Part shown: positions 40,089 to 52,660 of the stretch, piece by piece
Layout of the letters: each line of letters begins with the position of its first letter
How positions within the stretch are numbered: the first letter of the stretch is position 1
From: Felis catus
Lineage: Eukaryota
Assembly: GCF_018350175.1 (NCBI RefSeq)
Contig: NC_058368.1
Location: 63,924,001 to 63,988,000 of the forward strand
Length of the DNA stretch: 64,000 nucleotides
Direction of reading: 5' to 3'
Made by a program: the position numbers and the translations under genes
Notes under the pieces: generated by a model
The model's database searches: none
What the model was told of the DNA's origin: nothing
What the model saw: only the letters and a program-made list of their open reading frames with translations

Positions 40089-40294
40089 TAAAATTAATCT
40101 TTATTTTTAAAATTAATGAAAAAAAGAGCAGAATAAAGCAGAGTATACCACTCCTAGTAAACCTAAGTATTTTTTTGTGTGAAATTTTTCATTTGGTTTT
40201 ACACACATGCGTGTGCACACATGCAAAGACATACATACACACTCACTTGCCTGGTCATATATATGTATATTCTGGTTTGTGATATAAATATTGA

Positions 40295-40495
40295 GGGGTG
40301 CCTGGGTGGCTCAGTCGGCTAAGCATCCAACTTTGGCTCAGATCATGATCTCATGGTTTGCGGGTTCGAGCCCCGCATCAGGCTGTGTGCTGACAGCTTA
40401 GAGCCTGGAGCCTGCTTCAGATTCTGTGTCTCCCCCTCTCTCTGCCCATCCCATGCTCATGCTCTGTATCTCTCAATAATATTTATAAAAAATTT
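40295..40495 (+). mobile_element. SINEC
   Basis: TSD taaatattg. Confidence 0.93.
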
Positions 40496-42053
40496 AAATA
40501 TTGCTGCTTACCATGGATTTCAGCATTTAAAGTGTCACTGTTTCATGGCGCAATTTAGTCTCCAAATAGTATGTTTGTTGCTTGTGTTCATTAGAAGGGT
40601 GACCGTGTATTGCTGCTGGTATTGTTTGTATTCAATCATGATTTTTCTCTCTTGTCCCATTACCACACCCTTGTGCCAACACATCCTTTACAGGTATGAC
40701 GTTGAGTTTTACCTCAGTGCTTGCCAACCATCATGCCAAGTAATTTAGAAGAATCTCCTGACATCTCCTGCTTAAGGCTAATGATTTATTTAACTGATAC
40801 ATGCTCTTTGCTAGCAGTTGTTAGCCATCAAAAGGCAGCTTGGTGAATTGAAAAAAAAAAGATGAATTCTTCTTTTTCTTGTTTGCACTTTGTCTGATTA
40901 TTCTTGCTAATTCTAATGGTTTTTGGTGTGCTAAAATTATCTCAGGGGAACAGTTCAGTAACTGCATAGCACATTTGGATCACAAGTCATTGTGCCATCT
41001 TGAATTCCTAAGACAGGGAGTTTTAGCAGAGCAAAAGTGCAAGAAAGACCTGCCTGTTAGGTTGAAATTTTACTGGAGAGGTTTGCATGTGAACCTTCAC
41101 TCGGGATGAGGCAGCTGGAGGAAAGGAGATGAAATCTCCGTACCAGACCTGGCAGGCCAGGTTGAAGTGCAGGCCACACAGATCCTCTCACAGATGTCAG
41201 GAAGTGGAGTGAGCAGAGAGTGAAAGCACCCTGATGAGTCCTGTTTCATTGTGGACTGCTTCAGAGCTGGGGGGAAGCATCCCTTCCCTGAACCACGTGG
41301 CGAGGCATAGCCCTTCCCCATCCCTCCTTCCCTGTCTCTGTCCCTCCACACCCCCCTTAGAAAAGTGGTCAAGAAATAACGGGCTCAAAAAATGTTAGGG
41401 CTAAGAGAGAGAGTATGGTATAGTTGACATTGTACTTTTCAAAATATTTTAATAATCCAGCTTTCTATACTCCTTCACCGCCAATGAGTTTTACCCGCAC
41501 CTCCATGCAAAACTGAGCTGAAAATATTTAAAGCTTAAAATGAGAAGTGGGCGGTACTGTGCATATAAAAATATGGTTAAAGAGTCTTTGCAATTTTTTA
41601 ATCCCTTGATACTTATTTCATGCATATGCTTAAGAGCTATTGGAAAGGAAATTTTAATATTTTATTTTCCCAATTAAAGAGTTGTATTTTGCTGCCATTA
41701 AGATACCGTAGGCTTTGCTTTATTGGATCATTAATTAGCACTTTGAAAGGTTGAAGGGACTTATTCAGTGCGCATGTATCTTGCAGCACACAAGAGGTGT
41801 ATATTAATGAAAGACTAAAACATACCCAGGAGTCCCTTATTGCCGTATTAAAACATTTATAAATGGGACTTTAATTTAAAGTGCTGCTAAAATGAAATGA
41901 AATGCTATATTGATTCTCAGGCCAGATGCTTTTTAGAAAATGCAGTGTTTTATTCCCACTCCAAATTATAACTTCATAGCTGACCTGGACACACGCAAAG
42001 ATAACTCTGATGGCTGAATGCAAACATGTGAGCATCCCTGGAATGCTTTTTGT

Positions 42054-42069
42054 ACACTAGGTGGCAGAG
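42054..42069 (+). promoter_or_regulatory. Candidate CTCF motif
   Basis: acactaggtggcagag closely matches CCASYAGRKGGCRS, in unique sequence. Confidence 0.4.
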
Positions 42070-42403
42070 GGTTTCCGGGAATATCTCTCTGTATCAAGTA
42101 CCATCATTTTGTTTAGCTTTGCAACTGAAGAGAAAAATTATTAAAGTTTTGGTTTTTTCGGTAGTGGGCTAAGCTTCTCCCTACTCTTAAATGGGGAAGT
42201 AGTTAATGAAATTTAAACTTCATGTTTTCTTTTGTCGAATCATTAACAAATGCAATAGATTTTCTCCGTAGTGAATTAATTTTTTTCCGTGCACAATAGC
42301 AGAAATAGGGTTTTATTGTTTTTAACTTTTATTTAATTTTATTTTACTTAGCTTAATTTCACTATCTTTATTTTAAATTTTACTCTAAAACAACCACATA
42401 TCT

Positions 42404-42546
42404 GGGTGTCTGGGTGGCCCAGTTGGTTAAGTGTTGGACTTTGCCTCAGATCATGATCTTGCAGCAGCTTCTGAGTTCGAGCCTGCATCTGAGAGTGCGG
42501 AACCTGCTTGGGATTCTCTTTCTCTCCCTCTCCGTCTGCCCCTCCC

Positions 42547-42589
<43 letters not shown>

Positions 42590-42645
42590 CGTGCGCGCGC
42601 GCGCGCGCTCTCAAAATGAATGAGCTTTAAAAATAAATAAATAAA
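42404..42645 (+). mobile_element. SINEC containing a (TG)n(GC)n tract
   Basis: SINEC body; alternating tract at 42549-42608. Confidence 0.92.
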
Positions 42646-43239
42646 TGAAACAACCTAATATCCGTTCTTCAATAGCATGATTATAATGAGTGTATGACAG
42701 GGGATAATGCTTCTCATTCTCACTACACTTCTTTATTTTTTAAGGACCTTTCACACAAATTATCCTCTTGGATCCTTACAATAACCCTGAGATATATTAT
42801 CCTTTTACAAAACAGGAAATAAAGTTTAGACAAGTTCTCTGAGATTTAGTAGTAAATTGGAAAACTAGACCTAAAATACTGGTGTATTTTTTTCCCATTC
42901 TTAGTTTCGACTTGGGCACAAGGAAATTCAATTAGAAAATTTGACTGAAGATGAGCTAGAAGCTGTAAGTATATTAGTAGAAATGGGAAATGGAAATATA
43001 CTTTTTTTTAAGGCTGGCATATATACACTATTTAGCGAAGAAAGGAGAGAGAAAGAAACCAAACGAACTGACTTATTTAAAAATATTACCAGCAATACCC
43101 CAGATTATCAGCATTTCATATTATATCACAATGTTTATTTGCACTATTATTTTGGGTGTATTTGTAATAGAGTTTCAATGCATTCGATGCATGTTCCTTT
43201 TTTGGGTATTGGAAGAGAATAGTTCTTTTTGTAACAGAT

Positions 43240-43415
43240 CAGTACTTCCTCAAGCCTGCTTCTCAGACCAACTAATATCAGATTCACCCAGAATTTATTA
43301 AAGATGCAGACTTCTAGGTCCTACTCTAATCCTAATTAATCATACTCATTGGGAATTAACGCAAATATTTCCATTTTCAACAAGCATCTGAAATTTGGTC
43401 ACCAGCTTTTAAGAA
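43240..43415. mobile_element. MER5-like hAT fragment
   Basis: cagtacttcctcaa...atcagattcaccc...aaagatgcagacttctaggtcc...ttttcaacaagc. Confidence 0.55.
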
Positions 43416-44311
43416 GCAATAGATTTTACTTTTTTATATATAATATAGATACAAGAAGAGGTTATCTAAATAGGGTTATGATTATTCCAAATATCCTTTT
43501 CAGATATCACAAATTATCACATAAATTTTATTCCATGTGAAAAAAAGATTGTGTAATAAATTAGTAAGTTAATTAGACCTGTAAATAAAGGCAATTGGCA
43601 CACATACTCATACACAGTCATATATGTAGAGAAGGCGCACTACAATGGAAGGTTTTCTTTTCTAGGTAAACGGTCATAAATGTCCTCAGTCAAAATTGGT
43701 TAATGAGGCAACATTATCCTTTGGAAAATAATTTGAGAAGTACCAACAGTTTTGTTTGTGCTACTGATTTTTATTTCTGATTCCTAAGTGATCTAAGAAC
43801 TCTACTTCCCTATACTTGTGTTTTTACTTAGCCATACTTGTTTTAGTATAAATTTGGCAGATTTAAGTACTGGTGGTAGTAATATTCTTGAGGGGTAACA
43901 ATTTGTTATGCATGTCAGTGAATAATTGTAAATGCACATGTGTCAAATGAATTGAGCAGCTAAACAGTATAGTCACACATGTAAGAGAAAGCAATATAAT
44001 GGAAGATCAGTCGTACAATGAAGTATTTTCCAGCATTTGATTTGGGAGATATTCAGAGGAGCAACAAGGAAAATTAAAATTTCAACTAATTTTGGAGATA
44101 TATTGTTAACAATATTAAGTACATTTTGTTTGTTTTTTTACTGTAAGATTTTTTCAAAACATTAGGCCAATGTACAGTAAATTTCTTGGAGGCAATTGTA
44201 TACTTTACAGTTTCCTGAAAATTTTGGAATATTTTGGCAACAAAATATTTTTCACTTAAGTGTCTTGTAGGATTAGTATAGTATGGAAAAGTTTAGAAAA
44301 TCTGAATTCAA

Positions 44312-44545
44312 GGGGTACCTGGGTGGTCAGGTAAGCATCCAACTCTTGATTTCAGCTTTGGGTCATGATCTTAAGGTTTGTGAGTTTGGGCCCTACATGG
44401 GGCTCCGCACTGATAGCACGAAGCCTGTTTGGGATTCTCTCTCTCCCTCTCTGTTCCTTCCTGTCCTCCCTTTCTCTCTCTCTGTCTCTCTCTCTCTCTG
44501 TCTCTCCCTCTCCCTCTCCCATAAATAAATATTCTTTTAAAAAGA
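44312..44545 (+). mobile_element. SINEC
   Basis: Head, (CT)n, tail; TSD agaaaat(c/t)tgaatt. Confidence 0.92.
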
Positions 44546-45868
44546 AAATTTGAATTTAAGATTACAAAAGCAGTGATGAACCACATAAACTACCCTTCTT
44601 AGTCTACTTAAGATAGTTTCTTTTTTCTTTTTTTTCTGGCAGAAAACGATTGTGGATGATTTCAGTATGTCTTATTGTAAAAGTTTTAACAGCTCCTCCT
44701 ATCTTCCTTCATCCCAAAGGCATAACTATCTCTTTTCCTAGTGATGAATTCCGCTTTTTCATGACTTCACACATGACAAAATAGCCTAGGAGGACCCAAA
44801 TACAATAGGAAAGAAAGAAGAGTGTACCAAATTCATGGGTTATTGATTATAGGTCTGCTGGCTCTGATTTTGTGCCTTCCTATCTTTGTCATTATTATGG
44901 ATTCTGATACATCCCATCTATTAGGAATTCACCTCTCTGTCTGCACCTTTGAACTGGCACTGATCACATGGAATTAAATCCAAGTCCAACTACAAAGACT
45001 GTTACTTTTATAAACTTTACAATTTTATAGTTACAATAATCATTCAGTTGCATCTGTTTTAATTTTCTAACCACTGTTAAGCATACAGCAACTGTATATT
45101 TACAGCATTTTTGAGAGATCACTTCTTTTAAAAAATTGGATAGGAGGTCATCTATTTCTGTGTTACAAATTGCCTTGAATATAATGCTGCTATAGGCAAA
45201 ACAAAATCATTATTACTATCCACTGCAGTATGGATTTGTTATACAATAATACTCCAGATAGGAAGCTCCAGAATGTTGGTCTCTGCATATGAATCTGTGT
45301 GAAAGTCACATATGGAGAACGTCTTTCCTCAACGATACAATAACATTGCAGCAAATGTCTAAGTACACGTTGCCATACTTCCGCTCTCAGGACGTTTTCT
45401 CGGTGTAACCACAATGTGGCGCTGCAGTGTCAGTGAGCCCCTCCGATGTTCTAGGACAGTGCGGAGTCCAGGGATCAGAAACCTATCAGTGTGTGAACGA
45501 AGGGAAAGTGCAGCACCTGAAAGCTTGCTTTATGGGCTGAGCTGGAAAGATCTGCACCTGCAATAAAGACAATATTTATAAATGCATTACCTCAGGGGGA
45601 GTTAACTAGCATGGACTCAGAGTAATGCTTGTATTAGTCCAGGTTATAAATATAAGAATGTCTTTTTAGAGTCTATTAAATCTTCCTGCGCTATTTCCTA
45701 GAACCGTGAGATCTTGTCTGTCCCTCTATATTCAAATGCTTGTCTAATGCATGCATTACTGTTGTTGTGCAACTACAGAATAAAGGAACACTGCCATGAT
45801 TATGAAAAAATAGGAGAACCCCAAATACAGCTTATGAGAAAAATATTGTTGAAGCACTTTAACGCTAG

Positions 45869-45961
45869 CTAATCTGTACCCTATAGCAAACAGTTCAAAC
45901 TAATCTGTACCCTATAGCAAACAGTTCAAACTAATCTGTACCCTATAGCAAACAGTTCAAA
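45869..45961. repeat. Perfect 3 x 31-bp tandem repeat
   Basis: ctaatctgtaccctatagcaaacagttcaaa at 45869, 45900 and 45931. Confidence 0.97.
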
Positions 45962-48009
45962 CCTGTATTGTGACTCATGTTCTCCAAGCGGGGAAGCAAA
46001 ATCCCAGAAAGCTTTAAAACATTGCCCAAATTTAAATCTAGTTGTAGAATCAACATTAGGATCTGCTTCGTCCTCTTCTATTCCATAATTTCTTGCATTT
46101 TTGTTTGGTATATTGTCCATTATTCCTGGACTTGCTGTATCGTTTGTCTCTGTACTTACCCATCCCTCCCCACCGCCCCAGCACTCCTGTTCTCACTCAC
46201 CAGCGGACAGAGGGGGTCACTTCCTCAGTTTCTGTTTCTCCTGTGTGCCCACTTATTTGTTGGAATAAGGAAACATAGTCAATAGCAGAAATGAAGGTGG
46301 GGATTGAAAGAAGGAGAGCTCTTATTTGATTCTTTCTGTCCCAGTTCTCAAGAGTATATTGGTAGAAATATCCTGACCTCTGAATTACCGTCAAGAAGTA
46401 CAGAGCTCAACTGAAATCTGTATTCATCATCTCCCACATATGTTTTGCTTGTTAAAAAGTTTATTTTGTGCAGTGTGAGACCAAAGTGTGATGTAGCCAC
46501 CACCTTTCTGTGGTTTGAAGCAGAAATTCCAAAGTGGGGCACTTCAGTCTGCAGATACCTATGTTTGTTCTTTAAAGCTGGAAAAATTCTGATACTTATA
46601 AGCCCTTATAGTTTGTGCTGGTCTGTTTGGATCCTCTTGCAATTATATGCTGAATATCGAGAGGAGCTCTTTGACGCATAAAACAGGGTTTATAATGTGC
46701 ATGTTTATCTTTCTAATTTTATTTTTTTTCTAGACCCAAGAAGACTTTTGGTTTTTTCTTTTGGATTACTTTGATGCACCTGTTATGATCCTGCTGAAAG
46801 CTCTATTGCTTCTCTGGAGCTCTGAGAAGAGCTTTGTACCTTTGAAATTTTCATTAGCTTTTGACTAACTGCCAAGACTGGGGCCGCTGTGGTGCGGTAC
46901 AGAAGGACCCAGGCACTGGGTTGCCAAATCCCAAACTCTTGTTTAGCGTGATTGCAAGAACCTCTCCAGCCCTCAGTACAGTAAAGAGCATTTGTGGAAC
47001 AGAATCCTATTCCTTGCTAAGTGGTTGGTGCAAAGGCAGAGTTAGTGCCGGGCAATCCAGAAGCGGATAGGGACAGCACCAGAACACGTTTTTCAGGTGA
47101 GGGGTGGGAAGGTTCGAGGAAGGGGCGGATGAGGTTTGCCAAATATTGAATATAAAGGAAGATATGTTTAAAAGGTGCCAAGCACTGACCTTATTCAAAT
47201 TTCTTCCACCTTGTGTAGACACAAGATGCAAGACGTTTTGGATTAGAAATAATAGAGTTAATTTAGAATATCAAATTAATTTTTAGAAAGTAGAGTGTTA
47301 CCATTTTTTTTGAGATTTAACTGAATGATACTAGCACTTAAAACACCTCTTCCCCCAAGAGTTAAATCCTATCAATGTATTTACTGATTTTGATAAGATA
47401 ATCAATATTTAGGCTAAGATTTTTAAATTATCTTAAATGAAAGGTTTAATGTAACATTCAGGAATACCTAAAAGTACTCTTCAAATTCTGTCACATAAAC
47501 ATGTGTATTTATGTCTATGTCTCTGTATGTGTCTCTCTGTGTATATAGATCCACATCCATTATATCTAACTGTCTCCCGTTTTTGCAGGCTTCGTAAATT
47601 CAGTTTTAACACAGTATGTGAGGGAAAGGCTCCTGCCCCATAATATTCTGTATTTTTACAGATGTAACATTGAAATTCATTCTCAGCTTCTTGGTGGAAT
47701 GCAGTAGCTTTTGATTGCTGATGTTCTACCATCACTTTGTTTGTGGACTGAATGCTATTTTACGTGAGGACGGCAGACACCTGAGGTCTGCTTTTTATGT
47801 ACACATGCATTTGGAAGATTTCAACGACGTTACAGACATCACTGCATTCCAGTTGTCTTCAGTGCTAACTTGAGAGGGCCGGCACCAGTGACTGGAGAGG
47901 CTGCTGTCTTCATCAAAGAGCAAGCCCAGAGCAGCCCAGAGCACGCAATGCTCTTGGTGTAGAGTGAGGGAAAGCAGTGTAACTCTGTTTATACCCCTGC
48001 TTTCCTTGA

Positions 48010-48222
48010 ATCTTTTAAAAAAATCTTTTTCTAAGTTTACTTATTTATTTTGAGAGAGAGAGAGAGAGAGAGCGAGCTAGCAGAAGAGGGACACAGAGCG
48101 AACAAGAGAGAGAGGATCCCAAGCAGGCTCCGCACTGTCAGCGCAGAACCCAATGTGGGGCTCAAACCCTCCAACCGTTAGATTATGACCTGAGCCGACA
48201 ACTCTGCCACCCAGGTGTCCCT
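48010..48222 (-). mobile_element. SINEC
   Basis: Reverse SINEC; TSD ctttccttgaat. Confidence 0.92.
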
Positions 48223-48869
48223 TTCCTTGAATTCTTCTAGTACTTGATTTTTTATAATTTTGTTTCCTCAGAAAATTTGATGGAGGTGGTGTATTAGGCA
48301 ATGTGCTGGCCCCACTGACACAGATCATCTGACTTAAGGTGATGAAAATCTGGACCTGATTCTACCCCATCACATATGTCACAACATAACCTATATTCCT
48401 GCTCCTATTGACCTTCAGGCTCTGGCCCCAGCAGTGCCTCCCCACCCTACATGGGACCCAATTTCTCACCCAAGACAAACAGAGTTCTGCCTCTGCCTCG
48501 GTTTGTGTTTTCCTATTTAGTTTCCACTTAAAAAAAATAGATTTATTCACAAGTTAGAAATATTTTATTTTTCCTAAAGCAAAAAATAATTTCAGTGAGA
48601 TTCCCCCCTTTCTTCGCCTTCTTTTCTTCCTTCTTTTCCTCCACTTCTTCCTCCTCTTATCCCACTCCTTCCCATGTCTACTACACAAGCACATCGTGAG
48701 GTACTTGAAGAGCACTTACCTGGATTATGTCTGGATGGCAAAGGAATATCACTCGTTGCCCCATTATTCCAGAAGCTTACCTAGCTAAATAATGTTACAC
48801 AATCTAAGTGCTTGGTCCTCAGAGGGGTCAATAAGGGCTAAGTTAGCCCAAAAGGGCTTCATTTAATAA

Positions 48870-49085
48870 ATATTTAACTATGACTTACTGTGTGTAATTT
48901 ATTTGTGTTTGACTGTACTGCCTCCCACATTCACCCTTCTGCCATTGTAAGCTCTTCATGGGCAGGGATTGTGTTTGTCTTGTGCAAATTTGTGTGTCCT
49001 CTGCCTATGACACACAAGGCAGGCATTGGAGAGTATTTGTTGAATGCATGCATGCGTATGCAGTGAATGTGTAAATGAATGTCTA
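48870..49085 (+). mobile_element. L2 3' end
   Basis: tgtaagctcttcatgggcagggattgtgtttgtcttg...gtatttgttgaatgcatg. Confidence 0.75.
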
Positions 49086-50128
49086 TGGAAGAATTGTAGG
49101 AGGTACTTTTTTTTTCCTTTTCAAGGAGATTCTTTTTTCTTCCCTTGATAGAGAAGCTATTCCCAGACAAATAGCATGGGTTAGAGGACTATGAAGGGCA
49201 AGATGGATTTAGTTTCAGAGAGGGAAAAGATGCTGTCAGTGGGGTTACTCATTGCTCGTTCCTATTCAGTGTAGTTTAAGGAAGGGTGAATTCATGCAGC
49301 ATTGAAATCAAGGGGAAGATAATTAACTGCTTACTCATTTATATGCCTTCATCCTAGGAACCAGCTGTTTCCTGGATCATATTTTATTACAATTTTTATT
49401 TATAGTAGGTCTTTGTAAGAAAAACATCCGGTGCAGCAGAGCTCAGCAGTTGGTGTATAGTAATGCATATTTTAAAGCCCATAGAAAACACTCTGTGAGC
49501 TACCTTGGAAAAGCAAGTGTGCCAGTTCCTCTCACCCTTTTTAAAGCTGTGAAGGATTTCTCCTGGGGTTTTGGCAAGTGGTAGAATGGAAAGATGAGTA
49601 GGCTGGCGGTTAGCCATGATGGATCTGAATCCTGACCCTTCCACTTGGCGGTGTGGCCAAGGTGAATTAACCTGGGTGTGGCTCAGTGAAAACTTGCCTC
49701 CCAGGGCAAAGAGGTGTGAGGAGAGAAAGATGTCAAGTATGTGAACTCAGAACTCCTCTTTTCCTGTTTCCCCGTATGCATTTTTTCTTGTTCTGAAAGC
49801 CTGCTCACACAATTTAGGAATTAATCCCATTGGAATTATTTTACTTGTGCTAGTTGTGAATTTTAACTTATTCTTAAGCACTTTGTGGGAAGGCCCATAT
49901 CATATACCTGCTCCATTTTACTTTGTAATATACCTCAAAATACCAAAATACAATGCCATCTCTAGATATATTTTTTCTATTCTTAGGAATAGGGATTGAA
50001 CTCCCTTGGATTATGAATGCACGGATTTCATATTGCATTTTCACCGTGTTTAACTGAAATGAATTGTTTTTATAATACAGTCTAAAAAAACAGATGTTAT
50101 ACAACTTAAAGAATCAGGGTGAGAACAG

Positions 50129-50460
50129 CAGCTGACCCTTGAAAAGCATGGGGGTTATGAGAACTGACTCCCCCAACACACACACAATTGAAAATCCGTG
50201 CATACCTTCAACTCCCCCAAAACACAACTACCAATAGCCTACTGTTGACTGAAGCCTTATTGATGACATAAACAGCCAATTAACATATTTTGTATGTTAC
50301 GTATATTATATACAACATTCTTATAGCAAAGAAAATGCTATTAAGAAAATCATAAGGAAAAGATCATACACTGATAGTACTGTATTGTATTCATCAAAAC
50401 CAAAATCCACGTATAAATGGACCTGTGCAGATCAAACCCGTGTTGTTCAAAGGTCAGTTG
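50129..50460. mobile_element. Tigger2a-like Tc1/mariner non-autonomous element
   Basis: Terminal inverted repeats cagctgacccttgaa / ttcaaaggtcagttg followed by TA; internal aatagcctactgttgac. Confidence 0.85.
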
Positions 50461-50824
50461 TACATCTTTTGGAGCCCTTCATTGTAGCAATTATTATGAA
50501 TCGTTTCAGAGAAGCTTGTGGAAATATGCAGTCATGTCTGTAGATGGCACCATTGCACCAGATGGAATGAAACCATAATTAGGTATGTGAGTTCTTTCCC
50601 AGAACAGTCCACCTGTTTAGTGTCAACTGTATGCTTAAGAATCCAGGACACCAGTTTTTGGAATTGGGAAATGATGTCTGGGAAGAAGATATGCATTTTT
50701 TTGGGGGGGGGGATGTGAAAAATCAAGGACAACCTGTTGAGTTCTGTAGTAATTGTTTCCATTTTTTAAAAGTATTTTAGAGGAGAAAAGACAGTTGATG
50801 AAACATCCAGATGGGAGGCTTCAC

Positions 50825-51030
50825 TTTTTTTCAAGTGTTTATTTAAATTCCAGTTAGTTAACGAGAGTGTAATATTAGTTTCAGGTGTATAATTTAGTGA
50901 TTCAACACTTCCATAAAACACCTGGTGCTCATCACAAGTGCACTCCTTAATACCATCACCTATTTAACCCATTCTCCCACCCACCTCCCCTCTGGAAACC
51001 ATCAGTTGGTTCCCTGTAGTTAAGAGTCTC
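50825..51030 (-). mobile_element. Carnivore L1 3'UTR fragment
   Basis: tattagtttcaggtgta...gtgattcaacactt...gtagttaagagtct. Confidence 0.85.
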
Positions 51031-51031
51031 T

Positions 51032-51175
51032 GGGGTGCCTGGATGGCTCAGTTGGTTGAGCATCTGACTTTGGTTCAGGTTGTGATCTCACCATTCGTGA
51101 GTTCTATCCGCGAATTGGGCTCTGTGCTGACAGCTCATAATAAGTAAATAACCATCAAAATTTTTTTTAAAAAAA
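51032..51175 (+). mobile_element. SINEC with internal deletion
   Basis: Head through gctgacagctca, then directly an A-rich tail. Confidence 0.88.
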
Positions 51176-51401
51176 GCTACTTCTTGGATTGGGGAGGATT
51201 CACTTTTATTTTCTGGAAACATTTAATTAAACTACAGAGGACCACAAGTAACTGGACTTATATACTGATTAATGTCAGTCCTAGAACACCCAAAGTAAAA
51301 TTTTGCAATCTTCCCTATTTATGTGATAAAGAAATTTTTATTCATTTTTTTCATTTTCTTATGACTAGTTTTCTTTCTCATTTATGTAAGCTGTTCACTT
51401 C

Positions 51402-51618
51402 TTTTTTTTTTTTTTTTAACATTTATTTACTTTTGAGAGAAAGAGACAGAGTGTGAGGGGGAGAGGGACAGCGAGAGAGGGAGACACAGAATCAGAAGCA
51501 GGCTCCAGGCTCTGCGCTGTCAGCACAGAGCCCAAAGCGGGACTCAAACTCCCGAGCTGTGAGATCATGACCTGAGCTGAAGTCGGACACTTAACCGACT
51601 GAGCCACCCAGGTGCCCC
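51402..51618 (-). mobile_element. SINEC
   Basis: Reverse SINEC with poly-T. Confidence 0.95.
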
Positions 51619-52440
51619 GTCTTTTTCTTTTTTATAAAGATCTGTGATTAGATTTATGTGTTTATTTATTGTATTAGATTTATGTGTTTATGTGGTCAGG
51701 GTAATAACATTTCATTCTTTACATACACTTTTGTGGTTTATGAATCATTAAGGGAAATTTCACCTAAAAGGGTGTTTTTGTAAACTCATTATTGGGATAC
51801 ATTATTGGAATAAATTGTGCAGTCTTGTAATAGAAATTAGCATCTGAGGAATGCTGTTACCAAATGCAATTGATATATAACATGGGGAAGTTGTTTCTAT
51901 TCTATTCTAAATTGCAGTTGATTGAGAGAAATGATAAGCACCATATTGTTTGCTGCTGATATATGTAAATTCTTTATTTTTTAATTATTGTGTATCAGAT
52001 TGTCCAGTGGCCTGCATAGAGCAACTACTAGGCCTCTCTACTTTCAACAAATTGCACTGGGACAAATATTGCATCAGACCTCATTGATACAAATAGCAAA
52101 CAACACTCAACTTTTCATGTTTCTTTTTATTATAAATAGTGGGACTTCTATGTAATTGATATTGTTAAAATGATCCTAATAAATTAAGTTTTACATAAAT
52201 GATCATAGCTATAATTATGTAAATATTATAGTTCTAAGATTATTTATCCTTAAATATGACACATAGCATAAAACATAAATGTGCAATTTAATGAATGCAT
52301 ATAAAGTGAACCTCACATAAAGACCATCAAATCAGAAGATATAATTTTGCCAGCATAGGGTCTTTTGCCAGATTGTAAACTGTTTCCCCAGATGTAACCG
52401 ATATTCCTGACTTTACTGAGAATCATTCCCTTGCACTTTA

Positions 52441-52660
52441 TTTTATTTTATATTTATTACTTTTTAAAATATTTATTTACTTTGGGGAGAACACAAATGG
52501 GGGAAGGGCAGAGAGAAAGGGGGACAGAGGATCCAAAAGTGGGCTCTGTGCTGACAAGCTGACAGCAGTGAGCCTGATGTGGGGCTCCAACTCATGAACC
52601 ATGAGATCATGACCTGAGCCAAAGTTAGATGCTCAACCCACTGAGCCACCCAGTTGCCCC
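52441..52660 (-). mobile_element. SINEC
   Basis: TSD tcccttgca(c/t)ttta. Confidence 0.94.

Noticed and set aside
45409..45424. CTCF-like ccacaatgtggcgctg
   Set aside because: Mismatch at a core G; too weak without data.
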